A DNA stretch of 64,000 bases from Flavobacteriales bacterium (GTDB lineage Bacteria; Bacteroidota; Bacteroidia; NS11-12g; UBA955): positions 573 to 64,572 of the forward strand of contig JAHEMG010000006.1 of the NCBI GenBank assembly GCA_024643755.1, written 5' to 3'. This document shows, piece after piece, positions 47,054 to 58,338 of this stretch. The notes under the pieces were generated by a model. The model was not told the DNA's origin and made no database searches. It saw only the letters and a list, made by a program, of their open reading frames with translations. The position numbers and the translations under genes were made by a program. Positions within the stretch are counted from its first letter, which is position 1; the number at the start of each line of letters is the position of its first letter.

Positions 47054-49156
47054 ATGTCACGCGATTTATCGTTAACAAGAAATATAGGTATTGCTGCGCA
47101 CATTGATGCGGGTAAGACCACCACAACTGAGCGTATTTTGTTTTATGCCGGTGTAAACCACAAGATTGGTGAGGTACACGATGGTGCTGCTACCATGGAC
47201 TGGATGGCACAGGAGCAAGAGCGTGGAATTACCATTACTTCAGCTGCTACTACAGTATTCTGGAAGTATTTGGACAAAAATTACCACATCAACATCATTG
47301 ATACGCCAGGTCACGTAGATTTTACCGTTGAGGTGAATCGTTCTTTGCGTGTATTGGATGGTTTGGTATTCTTGTTTAGTTCTGTAGATGGTGTTGAGCC
47401 TCAATCTGAGACCAACTGGCGTTTGGCCAACAACTACAACGTAGCGCGTATTGGCTTCGTGAACAAGATGGACCGTGCTGGTGCAGATTTCTTGAACGTA
47501 GTAAATCAAGTAAAAACCATGTTGGGTAGCAATGCGATTCCTTTGCAGTTGCCCATCGGTGCCGAAGATAATTTCAAAGGGGTAGTTGATTTGATCAACT
47601 TCCGCGGTATGATCTGGAATGAGAAGGATCAGGGAATGACTTACGAGACAATCGACATTCCTGCCGATATGTTGGAAGAGGCTACCATGTGGAGAGAGCA
47701 GTTGTTGGAAGCTGTATCAGAGTACGATGATACTTTGATGGAGAAATTCTTTGAAGATCCAACTTCAATCACTGAAAGAGAAATTTTGAACGCTTTGCGT
47801 CCTGCCGTTATCGACATGAAAATTGTTCCGATGATGTGTGGTTCTGCGTTCAAGAACAAAGGGGTACAAACCATGCTTGACATGGTGATGGAATTGATGC
47901 CATCTCCTTTGGATAAGGGTGGTGCTAAGGGTACAGATCCTGACACTGACCAAGAGATTATCCGTAAGCCTGATTACAAGGAGCCATTTGCGGCTTTGGC
48001 ATTTAAGATTGCAACTGATCCTTATGTAGGTCGTTTGTGTTTCTTGCGTGCTTACTCAGGTAAATTGGATGCCGGTTCTTATGTATTGAACATGCGTACT
48101 GGCAACAAAGAGCGTATTTCTCGTATCTTCCAAATGCACGCTAACAAACAAAACCCAATCGAATATTTGGGTGCTGGTGATATCGGAGCTGCAGTTGGAT
48201 TTAAGGATATTAAAACGGGTGATACCTTGTGTGCTGAAGGACATCCTATCGTATTGGAATCAATGGTATTCCCTGAGCCAGTAATTGGTTTGGCGATTGA
48301 GCCTAAGACCCAAGCGGATTCAGATAAGTTGGGTAATGCTTTGGCTAAATTGGCTGAAGAGGATCCTACCTTCCGTGTAAACACCGATTCTGATACTGGT
48401 CAAACCATCATCAGTGGTATGGGTGAGTTGCACTTGGAGATTATTGTGGATCGTTTGAAGCGTGAATTTAAGGTTGAGTGTAACCAAGGTGCACCTCAAG
48501 TATCATACAAAGAGGCGATTACTACAGATTACACACACCGTGAAACATATAAGAAGCAGACAGGTGGTCGCGGTAAATTCGCGGACATTCAGTTCACCTT
48601 GGGCCCAGCAGATGAGTCTTGGACCGGTGAAGGTTTGCAGTGGGTGAATGAAGTTGTGGGTGGTTCTATCCCACGTGAATTCATTCCTTCAGTTGAAAAA
48701 GGTTTCAAAGCGGCTATGTCGAACGGTGTATTGGCAGGATATGCCATTGACCGTATGAAGGTTCGTTTGTTCGATGGTAGTTTCCACCCAGTGGATTCAG
48801 ATTCATTGTCGTTTGAAGTTGCTGCTCGCAGTGGTTTCCGTGAAGCTGCCCGTCGTTGTAACCCGGTGTTGTTGGAGCCTATTATGAAATTGGAAGTTGT
48901 TACTCCCCACGAGAACAGTGGTGATGTAATGGGTGATTTGAACCGTCGTCGTGGTCAGTTAGAAGGTATCGACGAGCGTGCGGGTTCACAAATCGTAAAA
49001 GCAAAAGTACCTTTGAGTGAAATGTTTGGATATGTAACTACATTGAGAACGATCACTTCAGGTCGCGCAACGTCTTCAATGGAATTCAGCCACTATGCTG
49101 AAACACCAAGAAACATTGCGGAAGAAGTATTGAAAAAAGCTAACGCTGCTAGTTAA
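47054..49156 (+). CDS. fusA: Elongation factor G
   Basis: 700 aa. G1 [13 protein letters not shown]3 DTPGHVDF, G4 NKMD. Confidence 0.98.
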   Translation: MSRDLSLTRNIGIAAHIDAGKTTTTERILFYAGVNHKIGEVHDGAATMDWMAQEQERGITITSAATTVFWKYLDKNYHINIIDTPGHVDFTVEVNRSLRVLDGLVFLFSSVDGVEPQSETNWRLANNYNVARIGFVNKMDRAGADFLNVVNQVKTMLGSNAIPLQLPIGAEDNFKGVVDLINFRGMIWNEKDQGMTYETIDIPADMLEEATMWREQLLEAVSEYDDTLMEKFFEDPTSITEREILNALRPAVIDMKIVPMMCGSAFKNKGVQTMLDMVMELMPSPLDKGGAKGTDPDTDQEIIRKPDYKEPFAALAFKIATDPYVGRLCFLRAYSGKLDAGSYVLNMRTGNKERISRIFQMHANKQNPIEYLGAGDIGAAVGFKDIKTGDTLCAEGHPIVLESMVFPEPVIGLAIEPKTQADSDKLGNALAKLAEEDPTFRVNTDSDTGQTIISGMGELHLEIIVDRLKREFKVECNQGAPQVSYKEAITTDYTHRETYKKQTGGRGKFADIQFTLGPADESWTGEGLQWVNEVVGGSIPREFIPSVEKGFKAAMSNGVLAGYAIDRMKVRLFDGSFHPVDSDSLSFEVAARSGFREAARRCNPVLLEPIMKLEVVTPHENSGDVMGDLNRRRGQLEGIDERAGSQIVKAKVPLSEMFGYVTTLRTITSGRATSSMEFSHYAETPRNIAEEVLKKANAAS

Positions 49157-49167
49157 TAAATTACAAA

Positions 49168-49476
49168 ATGGTAAGTCAAAAAATCAGAATCAAGCTCAAG
49201 TCTTTCGACCACAACCTTATCGACAAATCTGCCGAGAAGATTGTGAAGGCCGTAAAGACCACTGGGGTCGTGGTGAGTGGGCCAGTGCCGCTTCCAACAC
49301 GTAAAAGAATCTTTACTGTGTTGCGTTCACCTCACGTTAACAAAAAAGCTAGGGAGCAGTTCCAATACTGCACATACCAACGCTTGATCGACATTTTCAA
49401 CGGTTCTACAAAGACAGTTGATGCGTTGATGAAGATTGAATTGCCTAGTGGTGTAGAAGTTGAAATCAAATTGTAA
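49168..49476 (+). CDS. rpsJ: 30S ribosomal protein S10
   Basis: [23 protein letters not shown], 102 aa. Confidence 0.97.
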   Translation: MVSQKIRIKLKSFDHNLIDKSAEKIVKAVKTTGVVVSGPVPLPTRKRIFTVLRSPHVNKKAREQFQYCTYQRLIDIFNGSTKTVDALMKIELPSGVEVEIKL

Positions 49477-49490
49477 GGAGGGTAGCAGTC

Positions 49491-50108
49491 ATGAATGGAA
49501 TTATTGGAAAAAAGTTGGGTATGACCAGCATTTTCAGCGAGGATGGCAAGCGTTTGGCTTGTACCGTAGTTGAAGCCGGACCTTGTGTTGTAACACAGGT
49601 GAAGACCCAAGATACAGATGGTTACCAAGCAGTACAATTGGCTTGGGGCGAAAAGAAAGATAAGCATACTTCTTCTGCCATGAAAGGTCACTTCGCAAAA
49701 TCTAAGACTACACCTAAGCGTGTTGTTATGGAGTTCCGCGACATTGACACTTTGCCCGAGTTGGGATCAGTGGTAGATGTGAACTTGTTCGAAACTGGCG
49801 AATACGTTAGTGTAGTGGGCAAGTCTAAGGGTAAAGGTTTTCAGGGTGTTGTAAAACGTCATGGTTTTGCGGGTGTGGGTGAATCAACTCACGGTCAGCA
49901 CAACCGTTTGAGAGCGCCAGGTTCAATTGGAGCTTGTTCGTTTCCTGGTCGTGTATTCAAAGGAATGCGCATGGCAGGACGTACCGGTGGTAACCGCGTG
50001 AAAATCCAAAACTTGGAAGTTTTGAAAATCGATGGAGAAAGAAACCTAATCGTGATTAAAGGCGCGATCCCAGGTTACAATGGTTCAACCGTAATAATTG
50101 AGCGTTAA
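49491..50108 (+). CDS. rplC: 50S ribosomal protein L3
   Basis: [13 protein letters not shown], 205 aa. AAGGAGG 8 nt upstream. Confidence 0.97.
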   Translation: MNGIIGKKLGMTSIFSEDGKRLACTVVEAGPCVVTQVKTQDTDGYQAVQLAWGEKKDKHTSSAMKGHFAKSKTTPKRVVMEFRDIDTLPELGSVVDVNLFETGEYVSVVGKSKGKGFQGVVKRHGFAGVGESTHGQHNRLRAPGSIGACSFPGRVFKGMRMAGRTGGNRVKIQNLEVLKIDGERNLIVIKGAIPGYNGSTVIIER

Positions 50109-50110
50109 TC

Positions 50111-50737
50111 ATGGAAATTAAAGTATTAAATAAGCAAGGTTCTGAGACTGGAAGAACAGTAACTCTTTCCGAGTCTGTATTCGGTATCAGTCCCAACGAC
50201 CATGCCATATACTTGGATGTGAAGCAGTTCTTGGCCAATCAGCGTCAGGGTACTCACAAAACCAAAGAAAGAAAAGAAATTCACCGTTCTACGAAGAAGA
50301 TTTTCCGTCAGAAGGGAACAGGAGGAGCACGTCACGGTTCATTGAAGGCAGGTATTTACGTAGGTGGTGCCCGTATTCACGGTCCACGTCCACGTGACTA
50401 TTCGTTCAAGTTGAACAAAAAATTGAAGCAGTTGGCTCGTTTGAGTGCTTTGTCTTACAAGGCGAAGAACAACAACATCGTTGTGATCGAAGATTTCGAC
50501 ATGGCGGCGCCAAAGACTTCCGAGTTTGCAAACATGTTGAAAGCCTTGAAGGTAACTGGACGTACATTGTTCGTTACACCAGAGGTGCAGAAGAACATTG
50601 TATTGAGTGGTCGTAACATCGAGGGTAACACAGTAATGCGTGCTTGCGATTTGAACACTTATGAAGTGATGAAAGCTGCTCAACTGATTATTACAGAAAA
50701 TTCAATCGCCAAGATTCAGGAGGCAAATACAAAATGA
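50111..50737 (+). CDS. rplD: 50S ribosomal protein L4
   Basis: 208 aa. Conserved position; [11 protein letters not shown] motif. Confidence 0.96.
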   Translation: MEIKVLNKQGSETGRTVTLSESVFGISPNDHAIYLDVKQFLANQRQGTHKTKERKEIHRSTKKIFRQKGTGGARHGSLKAGIYVGGARIHGPRPRDYSFKLNKKLKQLARLSALSYKAKNNNIVVIEDFDMAAPKTSEFANMLKALKVTGRTLFVTPEVQKNIVLSGRNIEGNTVMRACDLNTYEVMKAAQLIITENSIAKIQEANTK

Positions 50738-51018
50738 TACTCAAGAAGCCGTTGATTACCGAGAAGATGACCGCTATCATGGATAAGCGTGGTCAGTATG
50801 GATTCGTTGTTGACCCCAAGTCAACCAAGGACGAAATCAAAGCTGCCATCGAAGAATTCTATGCAGTGGAAGTGGCATCGGTAAACACCATGATCCAGCG
50901 GGGGAAGTCGCGTCGTAACAGACGCACAGGCCAAATCTCCGGTTATACTCCAAAGTATAAGAAGGCCATTGTAACATTAAAAGAAGGGTTTAACATAGAC
51001 TTTTACGAAAACATTTAA
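50734..51018 (+). CDS. rplW: 50S ribosomal protein L23
   Basis: 94 aa. ATGA overlap with rpl[10 protein letters not shown] start. Confidence 0.95.
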   Translation: MILKKPLITEKMTAIMDKRGQYGFVVDPKSTKDEIKAAIEEFYAVEVASVNTMIQRGKSRRNRRTGQISGYTPKYKKAIVTLKEGFNIDFYENI

Positions 51019-51020
51019 TC

Positions 51021-51854
51021 ATGGCAGTACGTCGTTTAAATCCCACCACGCCTGGTCAACGCTTTAGAGTTGCCAATGCGTTTGCAGAAATTACCGCAAG
51101 CAAACCTGAAAAGAGTTTGTTGGTATCCTTGAGCAAATCTGGTGGTCGAAACAATCAAGGTAAAATCACGTCTCGCTACATTGGTGGCGGACACAAACGT
51201 CGCTATCGTATCATCGACTTCAAGCGTAATAACCATGGAGTAGTTGGTGAGGTATTGACAGTAGAATACGATCCTAACCGCAGTGCATTTATTGCTTTGG
51301 TTCAGTTTGCTGACGAGAAGCGTTACATCATTGCACCTGCTGGTTTGAAGGTTGGTCAAAAGATTGAGCAAGGTCCAGGTGTTGCGCCTGAGATCGGGAA
51401 TGCTTTGCCTTTGGCGGAAATTCCATTGGGTACTTTGGTACACAACATTGAGATGAACCCTGGTCAAGGTGCCAAGATTTGTCGCAGTGCTGGTTCATAT
51501 GCTCAGTTGATGGCACGTGAAGGTAAATACGCTGCAATCAAATTGCCCTCTGGTGAGAGTCGTTTGATTTTGGCTGCTTGTTTGGCTACCATCGGAAGCG
51601 TTGGAAACCAAGAGCATAGCCAAGAGCGTAAGGGTAAGGCTGGTCGTAGCCGTTGGATGGGTGTCCGTCCTCGTGTACGTCCATCTGCGATGAACCCTGT
51701 AGATCACCCGATGGGTGGTGGTGAAGGCCGAAACAAAGGTGGTCAGCCTCGTTCTAGAAATCTCATTTATTCTCAAGGTCAGAAGACGCGTGCTCCTAAA
51801 AAGGCTAGCAGCAGCATGATCATCGAGAGAAGAAAATCAAAACGTAACAAGTAA
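51021..51854 (+). CDS. rplB: 50S ribosomal protein L2
   Basis: 277 aa. [15 protein letters not shown] and [13 protein letters not shown]. Confidence 0.98.
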   Translation: MAVRRLNPTTPGQRFRVANAFAEITASKPEKSLLVSLSKSGGRNNQGKITSRYIGGGHKRRYRIIDFKRNNHGVVGEVLTVEYDPNRSAFIALVQFADEKRYIIAPAGLKVGQKIEQGPGVAPEIGNALPLAEIPLGTLVHNIEMNPGQGAKICRSAGSYAQLMAREGKYAAIKLPSGESRLILAACLATIGSVGNQEHSQERKGKAGRSRWMGVRPRVRPSAMNPVDHPMGGGEGRNKGGQPRSRNLIYSQGQKTRAPKKASSSMIIERRKSKRNK

Positions 51855-51869
51855 TAGATAAGCGAAATC

Positions 51870-52127
51870 ATGGCAAGATCCATTAAAAAAGGTCCATTTG
51901 TAGACGTTAAGTTGTCTAAGAAGGTAGAAGTACTGAACGAGAGCAACAAGAAGACTGTCGTAAAGACCTGGTCAAGAAGAAGCTTGATTATCCCAGATTT
52001 TGTGGGACATACGTTTGCTGTACACAACGGAAACAAGTTTATTCCGGTGTATGTAACAGAGAACATGGTAGGACATAAGTTGGGCGAATTTGCACCAACC
52101 AGAACATACAAAGGGCACGGTAAATAA
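51870..52127 (+). CDS. rpsS: 30S ribosomal protein S19
   Basis: [12 protein letters not shown]...[23 protein letters not shown]. Confidence 0.97.
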   Translation: MARSIKKGPFVDVKLSKKVEVLNESNKKTVVKTWSRRSLIIPDFVGHTFAVHNGNKFIPVYVTENMVGHKLGEFAPTRTYKGHGK

Positions 52128-52138
52128 TCATTGAAGGC

Positions 52139-52513
52139 ATGGAAGCAAAAGCAATTTTAAGAAACTGTCCGTTATCTCCTCGCAAAATGCGTTTGGTAGC
52201 GGATGTGGTACGCGGTGAGCGTGTTGAGCGCGCATTAAACATCCTTCAGTGGAACCAGAAGCCTACGTACGCTATTTATTTGTCGAAGTTGATCAAGAGC
52301 GCAATTGCGAACTGGGGTCAGGCGAACACAGGTGAGCGTATTGAGGATAGCGAGTTGTACGTAAAAACCATCATGGTAGATGGAGGCATCGTTATGAAAC
52401 GTTTGAGAACTGCACCTCAGGGTCGTGGGTACCGTCAGCGCAAGCGCACGAACCACGTAACTGTAGTCATTGACAGTTTGAAGAACAAGGAAGTTAACAC
52501 AACCAACGAATAA
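52139..52513 (+). CDS. rplV: 50S ribosomal protein L22
   Basis: 124 aa. SPRKMRLVADVVRG. Confidence 0.96.
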   Translation: MEAKAILRNCPLSPRKMRLVADVVRGERVERALNILQWNQKPTYAIYLSKLIKSAIANWGQANTGERIEDSELYVKTIMVDGGIVMKRLRTAPQGRGYRQRKRTNHVTVVIDSLKNKEVNTTNE

Positions 52514-52534
52514 TTAAGGATAGCAGAACAAAAC

Positions 52535-53296
52535 ATGGGACAAAAGATTAACCCTATAGGATTACGTTTAGGAATCATCCGTGGATGGGACTCCAATTGG
52601 TATGGAGGAAAAGACTACGGTGATAAGCTCGTAGAAGACGAGAAGATCCGTAATTATTTGCGTGTGCGCATTCCCAAAGGTGGAATCGCGAAGGTTGTTA
52701 TTGAGAGAACATTGAAGCGTATCACTTTGACTATCCACACTAGCCGTCCAGGTATTGTGATTGGTAAGGGGGGTGGAGAAGTAGATGCTATCCGCGAAGA
52801 AATCAAGAAGATTACTGGTAAAGATGTACAAATCAACATCAGCGAGATCAAACGTCCTGAATTGGATGCTCGTTTGGTGGGAGAGAACATCGCCCAGCAG
52901 ATTGAAAACCGTTTCTCTTATAAGAGAGCCATCAAGAATGCCATTCAAGGTACTATGAAGATGGGTGCTGAAGGAATCAAGGTTCGTATCAGCGGTCGTT
53001 TGAATGGTGGTGAGATTGCACGTTCTGAGATGTACAAAGACGGAAGAACACCTTTGCATACATTGCGTGCCAACATCGATTACGCCTTGGTTGAGGCACA
53101 GACGGTGTATGGTAAGATTGGTATCAAGGTATGGTTATGTAAAGGAGAGATCTACGGTAAGGTAGATTTGGCTCCACAAGTTGAACAAGATCGTCGCCGT
53201 GAAGGTGGAAATCGTCCTGATCGTAGAGATCAGCGTGGTGGTGACCGCAATCGTGGTGGTGACCGTGGTGGTGATCGCCGTAGAAGGCAGAATTAA
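52535..53296 (+). CDS. rpsC: 30S ribosomal protein S3 with Arg/Gly/Asp-rich C-terminal tail
   Basis: [13 protein letters not shown]..., 253 aa. Tail [35 protein letters not shown]. Confidence 0.97.
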   Translation: MGQKINPIGLRLGIIRGWDSNWYGGKDYGDKLVEDEKIRNYLRVRIPKGGIAKVVIERTLKRITLTIHTSRPGIVIGKGGGEVDAIREEIKKITGKDVQINISEIKRPELDARLVGENIAQQIENRFSYKRAIKNAIQGTMKMGAEGIKVRISGRLNGGEIARSEMYKDGRTPLHTLRANIDYALVEAQTVYGKIGIKVWLCKGEIYGKVDLAPQVEQDRRREGGNRPDRRDQRGGDRNRGGDRGGDRRRRQN

Positions 53297-53312
53297 TAAG
53301 GAGAATTAAGCT

Positions 53313-53738
53313 ATGCTGAGTCCAAAAAGAACAAAATTTAGAAAACAACACAAAGGCAAAGTAAAAGGCCTCGCCACACGCGGACATTTGATTTCATACG
53401 GAAGTTTCGGATTGAAATCGATGGAGCCTTCTTGGATTACTGCCAGACAGATAGAAGCAGCACGTATCGCGGTTACGCGTTATTTGAAGCGTGAAGGTCA
53501 GGTTTGGATCCGTATTTTCCCTGATAAGCCAATTACCAAGAAGCCTGCGGAAGTACGTATGGGTAAAGGTAAGGGTGCCCCAGAATATTGGGTGGCTATT
53601 GTTAAACCAGGAACGATTATATTTGAGGTAGCCGGTGTACCTTTGGAGATTGCCAAAGAAGGTATGCGTTTGGCGGCACAGAAAATGCCAGTAGCCTGCA
53701 AATTTGTTGTCCGTCCAGATTATAACGAGGAGAATTAA
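53313..53738 (+). CDS. rplP: 50S ribosomal protein L16
   Basis: [15 protein letters not shown], 141 aa. Confidence 0.97.
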   Translation: MLSPKRTKFRKQHKGKVKGLATRGHLISYGSFGLKSMEPSWITARQIEAARIAVTRYLKREGQVWIRIFPDKPITKKPAEVRMGKGKGAPEYWVAIVKPGTIIFEVAGVPLEIAKEGMRLAAQKMPVACKFVVRPDYNEEN

Positions 53739-53741
53739 TCA

Positions 53742-53981
53742 ATGAAGTACGCAGATATCAAATCGCTTTCGAATAAGGAGCTCGTGGAGCGCTACAAGGA
53801 AGAGAAGAAGCGCTTAATGAAAATGAAATTTCAGAATGCTGTTTCTCAGATTGAGCACCCCCACAAAATGAAAGAGGCCCGTAAAGACGTAGCGCGCATG
53901 TTAACAGAGTTGAACGCTCGTCGTCATGAGGCTGAAATGAATGCCTTCGAAAGGAAAATCAACCAAAGCCAAGAAAACTAA
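53742..53981 (+). CDS. rpmC: 50S ribosomal protein L29
   Basis: 79 aa. [23 protein letters not shown]. Its stop overlaps the rpsQ ATG (TAATG). Confidence 0.93.
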   Translation: MKYADIKSLSNKELVERYKEEKKRLMKMKFQNAVSQIEHPHKMKEARKDVARMLTELNARRHEAEMNAFERKINQSQEN

Positions 53982-54241
53982 TGGAAACGGTAAGAAACGC
54001 AAGAAAAGAAATCGTAGGTGTTGTTGCTAGCGCCAAGATGGATAAGACCATCGTAGTAGCGGTAGTTCGCAACGTGAAACACCCTAAATACGGTAAATAC
54101 TTCAAGAAAACTAAGAAGTATACGGCTCATGACGAGGCCAATACCTGTGGTGAGAACGATGTAGTTCGTATCATGGAGACTCGTCCACTGAGTAAGACAA
54201 AACGCTTCAGATTGGTTGAAATCGTAGAAAAAGCTAAATAA
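53981..54241 (+). CDS. rpsQ: 30S ribosomal protein S17
   Basis: 86 aa. [16 protein letters not shown]...HDE. Confidence 0.95.
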   Translation: METVRNARKEIVGVVASAKMDKTIVVAVVRNVKHPKYGKYFKKTKKYTAHDEANTCGENDVVRIMETRPLSKTKRFRLVEIVEKAK

Positions 54242-54242
54242 G

Positions 54243-54611
54243 ATGGTACAACAAGAATCAAGATTAAGAGTAGCCGACAACAGTGGTGCGAAGGAAGTTC
54301 TTTGCATCCGTGTATTGGGTGGTACAGGCCGCAGATACGCCAGTGTTGGTGATAAAATTGTTGTTTCGGTTAAAGCAGCGATTCCCGGAAGCAACGTGAA
54401 AAAAGGATCGGTATCTAAGGCCGTTGTGGTACGCGTAAAGAAAGAAGTACGCAGACCTGATGGATCTTACATCCGTTTTGACGAAAACAGCTGTGTATTG
54501 TTAAACAACAACGACGAGCCGAGAGGTACTCGTATTTTCGGCCCTGTTGCCAGGGAATTGCGTGATAAGCAATTCATGAAAATCGTTTCATTGGCTCCTG
54601 AAGTATTATAA
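54243..54611 (+). CDS. rplN: 50S ribosomal protein L14
   Basis: [17 protein letters not shown], 122 aa. Confidence 0.98.
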   Translation: MVQQESRLRVADNSGAKEVLCIRVLGGTGRRYASVGDKIVVSVKAAIPGSNVKKGSVSKAVVVRVKKEVRRPDGSYIRFDENSCVLLNNNDEPRGTRIFGPVARELRDKQFMKIVSLAPEVL

Positions 54612-54614
54612 GAG

Positions 54615-54950
54615 ATGGCGAACAAAGTAAATAGCAAGGTTAAATTGCACGTGAAAAAAGGCGACACTGTGAAGGTGTTGGCTGGTGACGACAAGGGCAA
54701 ATCTGGTAAGGTTTTGCGCGTTATGCCATCAACCAATCGTGCCGTTGTTGAAGGATTGAACTTGGTTACCAAGCACTACAAACCTTCTGCACAAAACACA
54801 TCAGGCCGTATTGAAAAAATTGAAGCCCCCATTCATTTGTCGAATTTGATGGTTGTAGTGGGTGGAACAGCCACTCGCGTGGGTCGTAAAGTAAATGAAG
54901 CGGGCAAATTGCAGCGTTTCGCGAAGACTACGGGAGAGTTTATCAAATAA
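54615..54950 (+). CDS. rplX: 50S ribosomal protein L24
   Basis: 111 aa. [23 protein letters not shown] motif. Confidence 0.96.
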   Translation: MANKVNSKVKLHVKKGDTVKVLAGDDKGKSGKVLRVMPSTNRAVVEGLNLVTKHYKPSAQNTSGRIEKIEAPIHLSNLMVVVGGTATRVGRKVNEAGKLQRFAKTTGEFIK

Positions 54951-54964
54951 TTAAAAAGAAGACC

Positions 54965-55516
54965 ATGAGCTACGTTCCAAGGTTACAAACAAAATACAAA
55001 GAAGAAGTTGTAGGGGCCATGATGGCTAAGTTTGCCTACAAGAACCATATGCAGATTCCTCACATTGAGAAAGTTGTTCTCAATCAGGGTATTGGTGCTG
55101 CGGTAAATGATAAAAAATTGGTGGATTCTGCGATTGACGAGATGACTAAAATCAGCGGTCAAAAAGCACAAGCCACTTATTCAAAGAAGGATATCTCAAA
55201 CTTCAAATTGCGTAAAAACGTTCCAATTGGTGCAAAGGTTACTTTGCGTAAAGAGCGCATGTACGACTTTTTGGATCGTTTGATTACGGTTTCATTGCCT
55301 CGTGTACGTGATTTCCAAGGTTTGAACGTGAAGGGTTTCGATGGTAGAGGTAACTTTACTATGGGTATCACCGAGCAAATCATTTTCCCAGAGATTGATA
55401 TCGATAAGGTAAACAAGATCACGGGTATGGATATTACCATCGTTACATCGGCGAAAACGGATGAAGAGTGTTTAGAATTGTTAAAATTTTTGGGATTCCC
55501 CTTTAAAAAGAAATAA
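54965..55516 (+). CDS. rplE: 50S ribosomal protein L5
   Basis: 183 aa. Conserved position; PRVRDFQGL motif. Confidence 0.97.
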   Translation: MSYVPRLQTKYKEEVVGAMMAKFAYKNHMQIPHIEKVVLNQGIGAAVNDKKLVDSAIDEMTKISGQKAQATYSKKDISNFKLRKNVPIGAKVTLRKERMYDFLDRLITVSLPRVRDFQGLNVKGFDGRGNFTMGITEQIIFPEIDIDKVNKITGMDITIVTSAKTDEECLELLKFLGFPFKKK

Positions 55517-55519
55517 GAG

Positions 55520-55789
55520 ATGGCAAAAGAATCAATGAAGGCCAGACAGCGCAAACGTGAAGCTATGGTTGAACGTTATGCTGAAAAGCGCGCCAAATTA
55601 AAAGCTGAGGGCAACTATGATGCGTTGCAAGCTATTCCTCGTAATGCTTCTCCTGTTCGTTTGCGCAATCGTTGCAAACTGACTGGTAAGCCCCGCGGCT
55701 ATATGAGAGTGTTTGGCATTTGCCGGAACCAGTTCCGTCAATTGGCAAGCGATGGTAAAATCCCAGGTGTAACCAAATCTAGTTGGTAA
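55520..55789 (+). CDS. rpsN: 30S ribosomal protein S14 (long form)
   Basis: 89 aa. [13 protein letters not shown]...[12 protein letters not shown]...IPGVTKSSW. Confidence 0.96.
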   Translation: MAKESMKARQRKREAMVERYAEKRAKLKAEGNYDALQAIPRNASPVRLRNRCKLTGKPRGYMRVFGICRNQFRQLASDGKIPGVTKSSW

Positions 55790-55802
55790 AATATATACAG
55801 CA

Positions 55803-56201
55803 ATGACAGATCCAATTGCAGATTATCTGACCCGCTTGCGCAACGCAGTAAAAGCCAAGCATCGTGTGGTTGAAATACCCGCAAGTAACCTTAAGAAAGA
55901 AATGACCCGCGTATTATACGAGAAGGGTTATATCTTGAAGTACAAATTTGAAGATACCGAGAACCATCAGGGTGTTATCAAGATTGCTTTGAAATATCAC
56001 AACCAAACCAAGCAGAGTGCTATCACTTCATTGAAGCGTGTAAGTACCCCTGGTTTGCGCAGATATGCCAATGTAACTGATATGCCAAAAGTATTGAATG
56101 GTTTGGGTGTAGCTATCATCACCACGTCTAAAGGAGTAATGACCGATAAAGAAGCCCGTATGTTGGGTGTGGGTGGTGAAGTATTGTGTTTTGTATCATA
56201 A
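55803..56201 (+). CDS. rpsH: 30S ribosomal protein S8
   Basis: MTDPIADYLTRLRNA, 132 aa. Confidence 0.97.
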   Translation: MTDPIADYLTRLRNAVKAKHRVVEIPASNLKKEMTRVLYEKGYILKYKFEDTENHQGVIKIALKYHNQTKQSAITSLKRVSTPGLRRYANVTDMPKVLNGLGVAIITTSKGVMTDKEARMLGVGGEVLCFVS

Positions 56202-56222
56202 TAAAATAAAGAAAGAAAAATA

Positions 56223-56777
56223 ATGTCACGCGTAGGAAAATTACCCATAGCTATCCCTGCTGGTGTTACCATTACGGTAAACAACGGTTTGGTGGTTGCG
56301 AAGGGTCCAAAAGGAGAAGTGTCACAAGAGATCAACCCAGATATCACTGTTGATATTGCGGAAGGTGTTTTGACAGTCAATCGCCCCAGCGACAGTAAAA
56401 TGCACAGAGCCCTTCACGGGTTGTATCGTGCCCTTATTAACAATATGGTTATTGGTGTAAGCCAAGGACATAGTGTTCGTCAGGAATTGGTAGGTGTAGG
56501 TTACAAGGTGTCTAACGAGGGTAATTTGGTAGAATTTGTGTTGGGTTATTCACACAAAATCATGTTGGAAATCCCCCAGGAGATCAAAGTAACAACTGAA
56601 ACATTGAAGGGTCAGCCGCCAGCCATCATGATGGAGTGTGCTGACAAGCAATTGTTGGGACAGGTAGCTGCCAAAATCCGTTCATTCCGTAAGCCTGAGC
56701 CATACAAAGGAAAAGGTATTCGTTTTGCTGGTGAGGTATTGCGTAGAAAGGCTGGTAAATCTGCTTCTAAGAAATAA
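56223..56777 (+). CDS. rplF: 50S ribosomal protein L6
   Basis: [15 protein letters not shown], 184 aa. Confidence 0.97.
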   Translation: MSRVGKLPIAIPAGVTITVNNGLVVAKGPKGEVSQEINPDITVDIAEGVLTVNRPSDSKMHRALHGLYRALINNMVIGVSQGHSVRQELVGVGYKVSNEGNLVEFVLGYSHKIMLEIPQEIKVTTETLKGQPPAIMMECADKQLLGQVAAKIRSFRKPEPYKGKGIRFAGEVLRRKAGKSASKK

Positions 56778-56791
56778 GGAGGACCGAAAAA

Positions 56792-57151
56792 ATGGCAAAC
56801 ACTAAGAAAATTAACAATAAGAATAAAATCAAGCGCAGAATTCGTGGTCGCGTATCTGGTACAACCGTACGTCCTCGTTTGAGCGTGTTTAGAAGCAATG
56901 CTGAGATATATGCTCAGATCATTGATGATAGCAACGGCACAACTTTGTGTGCAGCATCTTCTCGTGAAGCTAGCATTTCAGCCAACAAATCTACGAAGGT
57001 TGAGAAGGCGAGCGTTGTGGGTAAGACCATTGCTGCACGTGCACTTGAAGCCGGTATTAAAGCGGTAGTTTTTGATCGTGGTGGTAACTTGTACCACGGT
57101 CGTGTAAAAAGTTTGGCAGAGGGCGCTCGTGAGGGTGGTCTCGAATTCTAA
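56792..57151 (+). CDS. rplR: 50S ribosomal protein L18
   Basis: 119 aa. [10 protein letters not shown]...[22 protein letters not shown] 9 nt upstream. Confidence 0.97.
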   Translation: MANTKKINNKNKIKRRIRGRVSGTTVRPRLSVFRSNAEIYAQIIDDSNGTTLCAASSREASISANKSTKVEKASVVGKTIAARALEAGIKAVVFDRGGNLYHGRVKSLAEGAREGGLEF

Positions 57152-57162
57152 AAGAAACGATC

Positions 57163-57681
57163 ATGTTGAATAGCAATATTGTAAGAGTAAGACCTAGTGA
57201 ACTCACTTTAACTGAGAAGGTTGTATCAATCAACCGTGTATCTAAAGTGACCAAAGGTGGTCGTACCTTCAACTTCACCGCATTGGTGGTTGTTGGTGAC
57301 GGTAAAGGAGTAGTAGGTCATGGATTGGGAAAATCTGGTGAAGTAATGGACGCCATTAATAAAGGAATTGAAGATGCAAAGAAGAATTTGATCAAAGTTC
57401 CTGTTATCAATGGTACAGTACCTCACGAGCAAATTGGTCGTTTTGGTGGAGGCCACGTATTTTTGAAGCCTGCCGCTCACGGTACTGGAGTTATTGCCGG
57501 TGGTGCGATGCGTGCGGTATTAGAAAGTGCTGGAGTAACCGATGTATTGGCAAAGTCTAAAGGTTCTTCAAACCCACACAACGTGGTAAAGGCAACTTTT
57601 GATGCCTTGATGAAAATGCGTGATCCACATTCAGTGGCTCAGTTGCGCGGAATCAGTATGAAAAAAGTATTTAATGGTTAA
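57163..57681 (+). CDS. rpsE: 30S ribosomal protein S5
   Basis: 172 aa. [24 protein letters not shown]. Confidence 0.97.
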   Translation: MLNSNIVRVRPSELTLTEKVVSINRVSKVTKGGRTFNFTALVVVGDGKGVVGHGLGKSGEVMDAINKGIEDAKKNLIKVPVINGTVPHEQIGRFGGGHVFLKPAAHGTGVIAGGAMRAVLESAGVTDVLAKSKGSSNPHNVVKATFDALMKMRDPHSVAQLRGISMKKVFNG

Positions 57682-57686
57682 TCGAT

Positions 57687-57869
57687 ATGTCTAAGGTAAA
57701 AATCACACAAATTAAGAGTGGCATTGGATATCCGAAAAACCAGAAAGCCACGTTGAAAGCCCTCGGCTTAAACAAGATGCATGCTACCCGCGTAGTGGAA
57801 TTGAATTCTGCCACTGAAGGTATGGTGCGTACGGTAAGTCATTTGTTAAAAGTAGAAAACGCTGATTAA
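57687..57869 (+). CDS. rpmD: 50S ribosomal protein L30
   Basis: 60 aa. KITQIKSGIGYPKNQKATLKALGL. Confidence 0.95.
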   Translation: MSKVKITQIKSGIGYPKNQKATLKALGLNKMHATRVVELNSATEGMVRTVSHLLKVENAD

Positions 57870-57877
57870 TTAAAAAG

Positions 57878-58327
57878 ATGAATCTCAGTAACTTAAAACC
57901 TGCAGAAGGTTCCATAAAAAACCGTAAACGCATTGGCCGTGGTCAAGGTTCTGGTCGTGGTGGAACATCTACAAAAGGACACAAAGGTGCGCAGTCGCGT
58001 ACTGGTTATAGCCGTAAAATCGGTTTTGAAGGTGGTCAGATGCCTTTGCAACGTCGTATTCCTAAAGGCGGTTTCAAAAACATCAACCGTGTTGAATACG
58101 CAGCCATTAACTTGGATGTATTGCAACAAATCGCTGAAGCTGCGGGTGTAAACAAAATTGATCAGCAGTTCTTGATTGATAAGCACTTGGTGAACAAGCG
58201 TGAATTGGTGAAGGTGTTGGGCCGAGGCGAAATAACTATCGCATTGGAAGTTCACGCACACAAATTCTCAGCTACTGCCAAAGCCGCTATTGAAAAAGCC
58301 GGTGGAAGCGCCACTGAAATCGCTTAA
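57878..58327 (+). CDS. rplO: 50S ribosomal protein L15
   Basis: 149 aa. RIGRGQGSGRGGTSTKGHKG. Confidence 0.97.
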   Translation: MNLSNLKPAEGSIKNRKRIGRGQGSGRGGTSTKGHKGAQSRTGYSRKIGFEGGQMPLQRRIPKGGFKNINRVEYAAINLDVLQQIAEAAGVNKIDQQFLIDKHLVNKRELVKVLGRGEITIALEVHAHKFSATAKAAIEKAGGSATEIA

Positions 58328-58338
58328 TACGAAACACC

